A program made the position numbers and the translations under genes. The notes beneath the pieces were generated by a model. That model saw nothing but the letters and a program-made list of their open reading frames with translations. It searched no databases and was not told the DNA's origin. A stretch of 32,000 nt of DNA from Candidatus Lokiarchaeum ossiferum (GTDB lineage Archaea; Asgardarchaeota; Lokiarchaeia; Sigyniarchaeales; Promethearchaeaceae), in contig CP104013.1 in the NCBI GenBank assembly GCA_025839675.1, positions 2,010,001 to 2,042,000 on the forward strand. The letters run 5' to 3'. The stretch's first letter is position 1; every line of letters starts with the position of its first letter. Shown piece after piece: positions 31,923 to 32,000 of this stretch.

Positions 31923-32000
31923 ATGAGTTTTCATACTGCAGAATCGAACCTCATCTTGGATTGTGTATCGGAAAATCAAAAAATAATTCGTGGGGGCAAA
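31923..32000 (+). CDS. possible 5' end of a gene running off the right edge
   Basis: The ATG at 31923 is followed by 26 open codons (MSFHTAESNLILDCVSENQKIIRGGK). An A/T box ATATATAAA lies at 31861-31869. The fragment is too short to judge. Confidence 0.2.
   Translation, partial: MSFHTAESNLILDCVSENQKIIRGGK

Noticed and set aside
1-32000. Search for a CRISPR array, a transposase or integrase, toxin-antitoxin pairs or known defence genes
   Set aside because: I saw no regularly spaced direct repeats and no DDE, tyrosine- or serine-recombinase, nuclease or helicase motifs in any long ORF. Nothing supports a mobile element or a known defence island beyond the small inverted-repeat element at 8856-9015.

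Overview
This is a 32 kb, AT-rich, densely coding window. I see no rRNA, CRISPR array, transposase or integrase. I can support about 27 protein-coding genes and one tRNA-Trp(CCA). Two of the genes are cut by the window edges, and one is a 57-aa ORF missing from the supplied track.

The signals fit an AT-rich, probably uncultivated archaeon; an Asgard/Loki-like origin is only a guess. These signals are A/T-rich TATA-like boxes upstream of genes, GGAGG-type ribosome-binding sites inside operons, secreted proteins full of N-X-S/T sequons that end in a C-terminal TM anchor, ThyX, and a CoADR-family enzyme.

- Left third: a TPR gene (partial), an operon of three unusually short Hsp20 paralogs, a GAF-type free Met-R-sulfoxide reductase, membrane and hypothetical genes, an MBL-fold hydrolase, thyX, a 792-aa CoADR-rhodanese-TusA-rhodanese fusion, and a PLP trans-sulfuration enzyme.
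- Centre (10.3-21.3 kb, all minus strand): a tightly packed five-gene cluster. It encodes two roughly 940-aa double-FtsX (MacB-type) permeases, a single ABC ATPase with a C-terminal extension of about 100 aa, a 1059-aa sequon-rich anchored surface protein, and a 397-aa PKD-domain anchored protein.
- Right third: a PfkB kinase, an ArsR-GyrI-like fusion regulator coupled to a GNAT acetyltransferase, a CBS-less KpsF/GutQ-type SIS isomerase, tRNA-Trp, a type-II membrane protein, a 695-aa TPR protein with a possibly longin-like C-terminal domain, small membrane proteins, and a wHTH regulator divergent from a second MBL paralog across a perfect 17-bp palindrome.

The best candidates for something undescribed are the ABC/FtsX plus surface-glycoprotein operon and the TPR plus longin-like protein. 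All homology statements come from motif recognition by eye. No searches were run.
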